Origin: Mobula hypostoma
Taxonomy: Eukaryota
Length of the DNA stretch: 64,000 nt
NCBI RefSeq assembly: GCF_963921235.1
Contig: NC_086097.1
Span: 209,562,001 to 209,626,000, forward strand
Reading direction: 5' to 3'
Positions 61,701 to 64,000 of this stretch are shown here, in pieces; the stretch's first letter is position 1, and each line of letters opens with the position of its first letter. Made by a program: the position numbers and the translations under genes. The notes beneath the pieces were generated by a model that ran no database searches, was not told the DNA's origin, and was given only the letters and a program-made list of their open reading frames with translations.

Positions 61701-62084
61701 AGGTCTGAATGCTCTCCACAGTACATCTACAGAAATTTGTAAGATTTTTTGGTGACATACCAATGCTCTGCAACCTCCTAATGAAATACAGACACTAGCA
61801 TGGCTTTCTTCATGATTGTATCAATAGGTTGGGCCCAGGACAGATAGATCGATTGTCAAGTAGAAAAGAGAGGAAAATACATTATGCATTTTTGCTAATG
61901 ATTATGTATAGCTGTTAGGAAACGTTCAGGCTCAGCTTCCAATGATAATAATGAAGATGTAAATCAAGTCGTGCAAGTAAGCAAGCTCTTACCTAATTGC
62001 GTGATTATAGCTGAAGATGTGAATGTTAATGCTTCTTTGTGCATTGTTGCTTTTTATAGGTTTAGAAAATGATTAATATTTTGT

Positions 62085-62250
62085 TTAACTTATTTAGGGA
62101 TACAGTGCAAAACAGACCTTTCTGGCCCACTGCTCTGCACTCCACTGATTTAACTCTAGCCTACTCACAGGACAATTTGCAATCATCAATCACCCTACTA
62201 ACTGGTACATCTTTGGACTGTGGGAGTAAACAGGAGCACCTGGAGTTATT
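62085..62250 (-). mobile_element. V-SINE 3' fragment
   Basis: rc GGTGCTCCTGTTTACTCCCACAGTCCAAAGATGTACC...GGGCCAGAAAGGTCTGTTTTGCACTGTATCCCTAAATAA. Confidence 0.75.
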
Positions 62251-62489
62251 TTACAGAAAATTGTTGGCTTTAGGCTTGTGAATTCCCAGCATACTGTATA
62301 CTTCTAATAAATGCAAATCCAAAATGCTAGGAATTTCTTTTGTCTTTTGGACACCCAGCTTCATAGGACGGAACAGTGTTCACCATATTGAACAGGGCAG
62401 CGGTGCATAAAACCAGTCTCATGTGAGATATTACCAGAGTGAACAAAGATGTTTTATCAGCTCCCTTCCAATCACATGGAAGGTTTGGG

Positions 62490-62706
62490 TGACAAAATCT
62501 GCAGATACTGGAAACCCAAGCAACACACACAAAATACTGGAGGAACTCAGCAGGCCAGGCAGCATCTCTGGAAAAGAGTAAACAGTCAGTGCTTCGGGCT
62601 GAGACCGTTCAGTCCTGATGATGGGTCTCGGCACAAAACGTCAACTGTTTTCACTCTTCCATAATGTTGCCTGGCCTGCTGAGTTCCTCCAGCATTTTGT
62701 GTGTGT
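62490..62706. repeat. Penelope-like pLTR palindrome with a degenerate hammerhead motif (62610-62647)
   Basis: Arms ACACACACAAAATACTGGAGGAACTCAGCAGGCCAGGCA and TGCCTGGCCTGCTGAGTTCCTCCAGCATTTTGTGTGTGT; centre CAGTC-CTGATGA-TGGGTCTCGGCAC-AAAACGTC-AACTG. Confidence 0.8.
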
Positions 62707-62850
62707 CACAGGGTGCTGTTAGTGCATTTGTATAGTTTAAAAATACCTATTTCTTACTAACCTTCAAACCTCTACATTGATATAATCGCTAGCGTATCAG
62801 GGTGGGGGGGCAGGTTTGTAATGAATAAAGTAATTACATAATTATACCAC

Positions 62851-63136
62851 TGTGGCGACCCACTTTCTAGCACACACGAACCAGCTCACAACAGCGCGCA
62901 CAGGCAGAGGGCCGGCCCCAAAAAGGGCGCCAGGCCATCTCCACCAGCAGGGAGAAAATCCCGCGCGCAGAAAGGGTCTGGGAATATGCATTCCCCACAG
63001 CAGTCCCGCCCCAGGGAGGGCGGGAATGGGAAGGCTTTAAAGCAGGCTGCGAAGTTTGAATAAATCTCTTTCATTGCAACTCTAACTCACCGACTCCGTG
63101 TGGTTATTCTAGCGCTGTGTGTAGCACATCACTACG
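62851..63136 (+). mobile_element. 5' LTR of a CsRn1-lineage gypsy retrotransposon (element runs off the window)
   Basis: Starts TGTGGCG and ends CACTACG (expected ..CA); TTTAAA at about 63036 and AATAAA at 63059-63064; immediately followed by a PBS and gag. Confidence 0.8.
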
Positions 63137-63138
63137 AT

Positions 63139-63153
63139 TGGTGACCCCCGACG
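63139..63153 (+). promoter_or_regulatory. Primer-binding site, tRNA-Trp type
   Basis: TGGTGACCCCCGACG versus the complement of the tRNA-Trp 3' end, TGGTGACCCCGACG (one extra C). Confidence 0.8.
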
Positions 63154-63177
63154 GCCCAAACGATATTTGGACCAGAG

Positions 63178-63882
63178 ATGACCGATGCTGCATCTGTTCA
63201 TGCAGTTTTGTTAAAACTGCCAAGCTTCTGGACGCTGCGACCCCATTTATGGTTCGAACAGGCAGAAGCTCAATTCCACATTCGGCAGATAACCTCGGAG
63301 TCCACTCGCTACTACTACATGCTGAGCTCCCTCGACCAGGAGACAGCCGCACAAGTTGAAGAGTTTATAGAGTCGCCCCCGGAGGACGGCAAATACACAG
63401 CATTCAAAGCCCTGCTCATAAGGACTTTCGGACTCTCATGGCACGAACGAGCACGCCGCTTAATGCACCTGGATGGTTTGGGGGACAGGCTGCCATCAGC
63501 ATTAATGAACGAGATGCTGGCCCTGGCTGAAGGACACAAACCCTGCCTCATGTTTGAGCAGGCGTTCCTAGAGCAACTGCCCGAGGACATAAGCCTGCTG
63601 CTGTCCGATGCAGATTTCAGCGACCCCCGGGAGATGGCGGCCCGAGCAGATGTGCTGTGGAATGCCAGGAAAGAGAGAGGGGCGCCCGTCGCACAGATCA
63701 CCAAGCCGCATGCCCAACGACAGACCAGACCAGGCCCAGCAGCAGAGCCTACAAAACCCGGCGACGGGAGTGAGGACCCCAACGAACAATGGTGTTTCTA
63801 CCACCAGCGGTGGGGCACAGAGGCCCGCCGCTGCAGACCACCCTGCAAATTCCCAGGAAACGCCAGGACCAGCCGCCGCTGA
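63178..63882 (+). CDS. gag: Gag of a CsRn1-lineage gypsy element (234 aa, intact)
   Basis: N-term 'LKLPSFW..LWFEQAEAQF..IT' and C-terminal CHCC knuckle 'CFYHQRWGTEARRCRPPC' (C-X2-H-X9-C-X3-C). Confidence 0.9.
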   Translation: MTDAASVHAVLLKLPSFWTLRPHLWFEQAEAQFHIRQITSESTRYYYMLSSLDQETAAQVEEFIESPPEDGKYTAFKALLIRTFGLSWHERARRLMHLDGLGDRLPSALMNEMLALAEGHKPCLMFEQAFLEQLPEDISLLLSDADFSDPREMAARADVLWNARKERGAPVAQITKPHAQRQTRPGPAAEPTKPGDGSEDPNEQWCFYHQRWGTEARRCRPPCKFPGNARTSRR

Positions 63883-64000
63883 TGGCTACGGCGGCTGGCC
63901 ATCAGGACAGCCTCCTGTACGTCTGGGACAAGCAGTCGGGACGCCGCTTTTTGGTCGACACCGGAGCGGAGATCAGCGTCTTACCTCCAACGAGTTACGA
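63858..64000 (+). CDS. pol: Pol N-terminus (aspartic protease) in the -1 frame relative to gag, truncated by the window edge
   Basis: KRQDQPPLMATAAGHQDSLLYVWDKQSGRRFLVDTGAEISVLPP, with the DTG active-site motif. Confidence 0.85.

Noticed and set aside
63315..63782. 155-aa ORF antisense to gag
   Set aside because: GC-rich antisense shadow with no recognisable motif.
1..64000. CRISPR arrays, prokaryotic operons, rRNA genes
   Set aside because: None seen. The DNA is eukaryotic; short tandem units such as (GCCT)n at about 3139, (AGTTC)n at about 3955 and LINE tails are microsatellites without spacers.

Overview
Repeat-dominated vertebrate genomic DNA, most likely intronic or intergenic. The repeat set (HE1-type V-SINEs, CR1 and Rex-Babar LINEs, Penelope-type pseudo-LTRs) points to an elasmobranch (shark or ray); this is an inference. 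I found no convincing host protein-coding exon, and every long ORF is transposon-derived. Contents: many CR1 and Rex1/Babar LINE copies (some young, with long open ORF2 pieces), one RTE LINE, V-SINEs, Penelope-like pseudo-LTR pieces carrying minimal hammerhead-ribozyme motifs, three Tigger/pogo DNA-transposon derivatives, hAT-Charlie-like MITEs, a solo LTR, a BEL/Pao protease fragment, and the 5' end of a CsRn1-type gypsy element at the right edge. Four structures stand out. (1) An aberrant gypsy insertion at 11376-14222 bounded by a CATG duplication: LTR, then a 36-nt copy of the tRNA-Thr 3' end, then an INVERTED pro-pol segment ending in an LTR-end mimic. (2) A 1.06-kb fold-back hAT element with three termini and a captured LINE fragment at 60431-61493. 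(3) Dimer-type minimal hammerhead motifs in Penelope-like repeats. (4) A Tigger4/Zombi-like element containing about 120 bp that resembles the mammalian MER2 core. Family names come from motifs and remembered consensus sequences, not from database searches.
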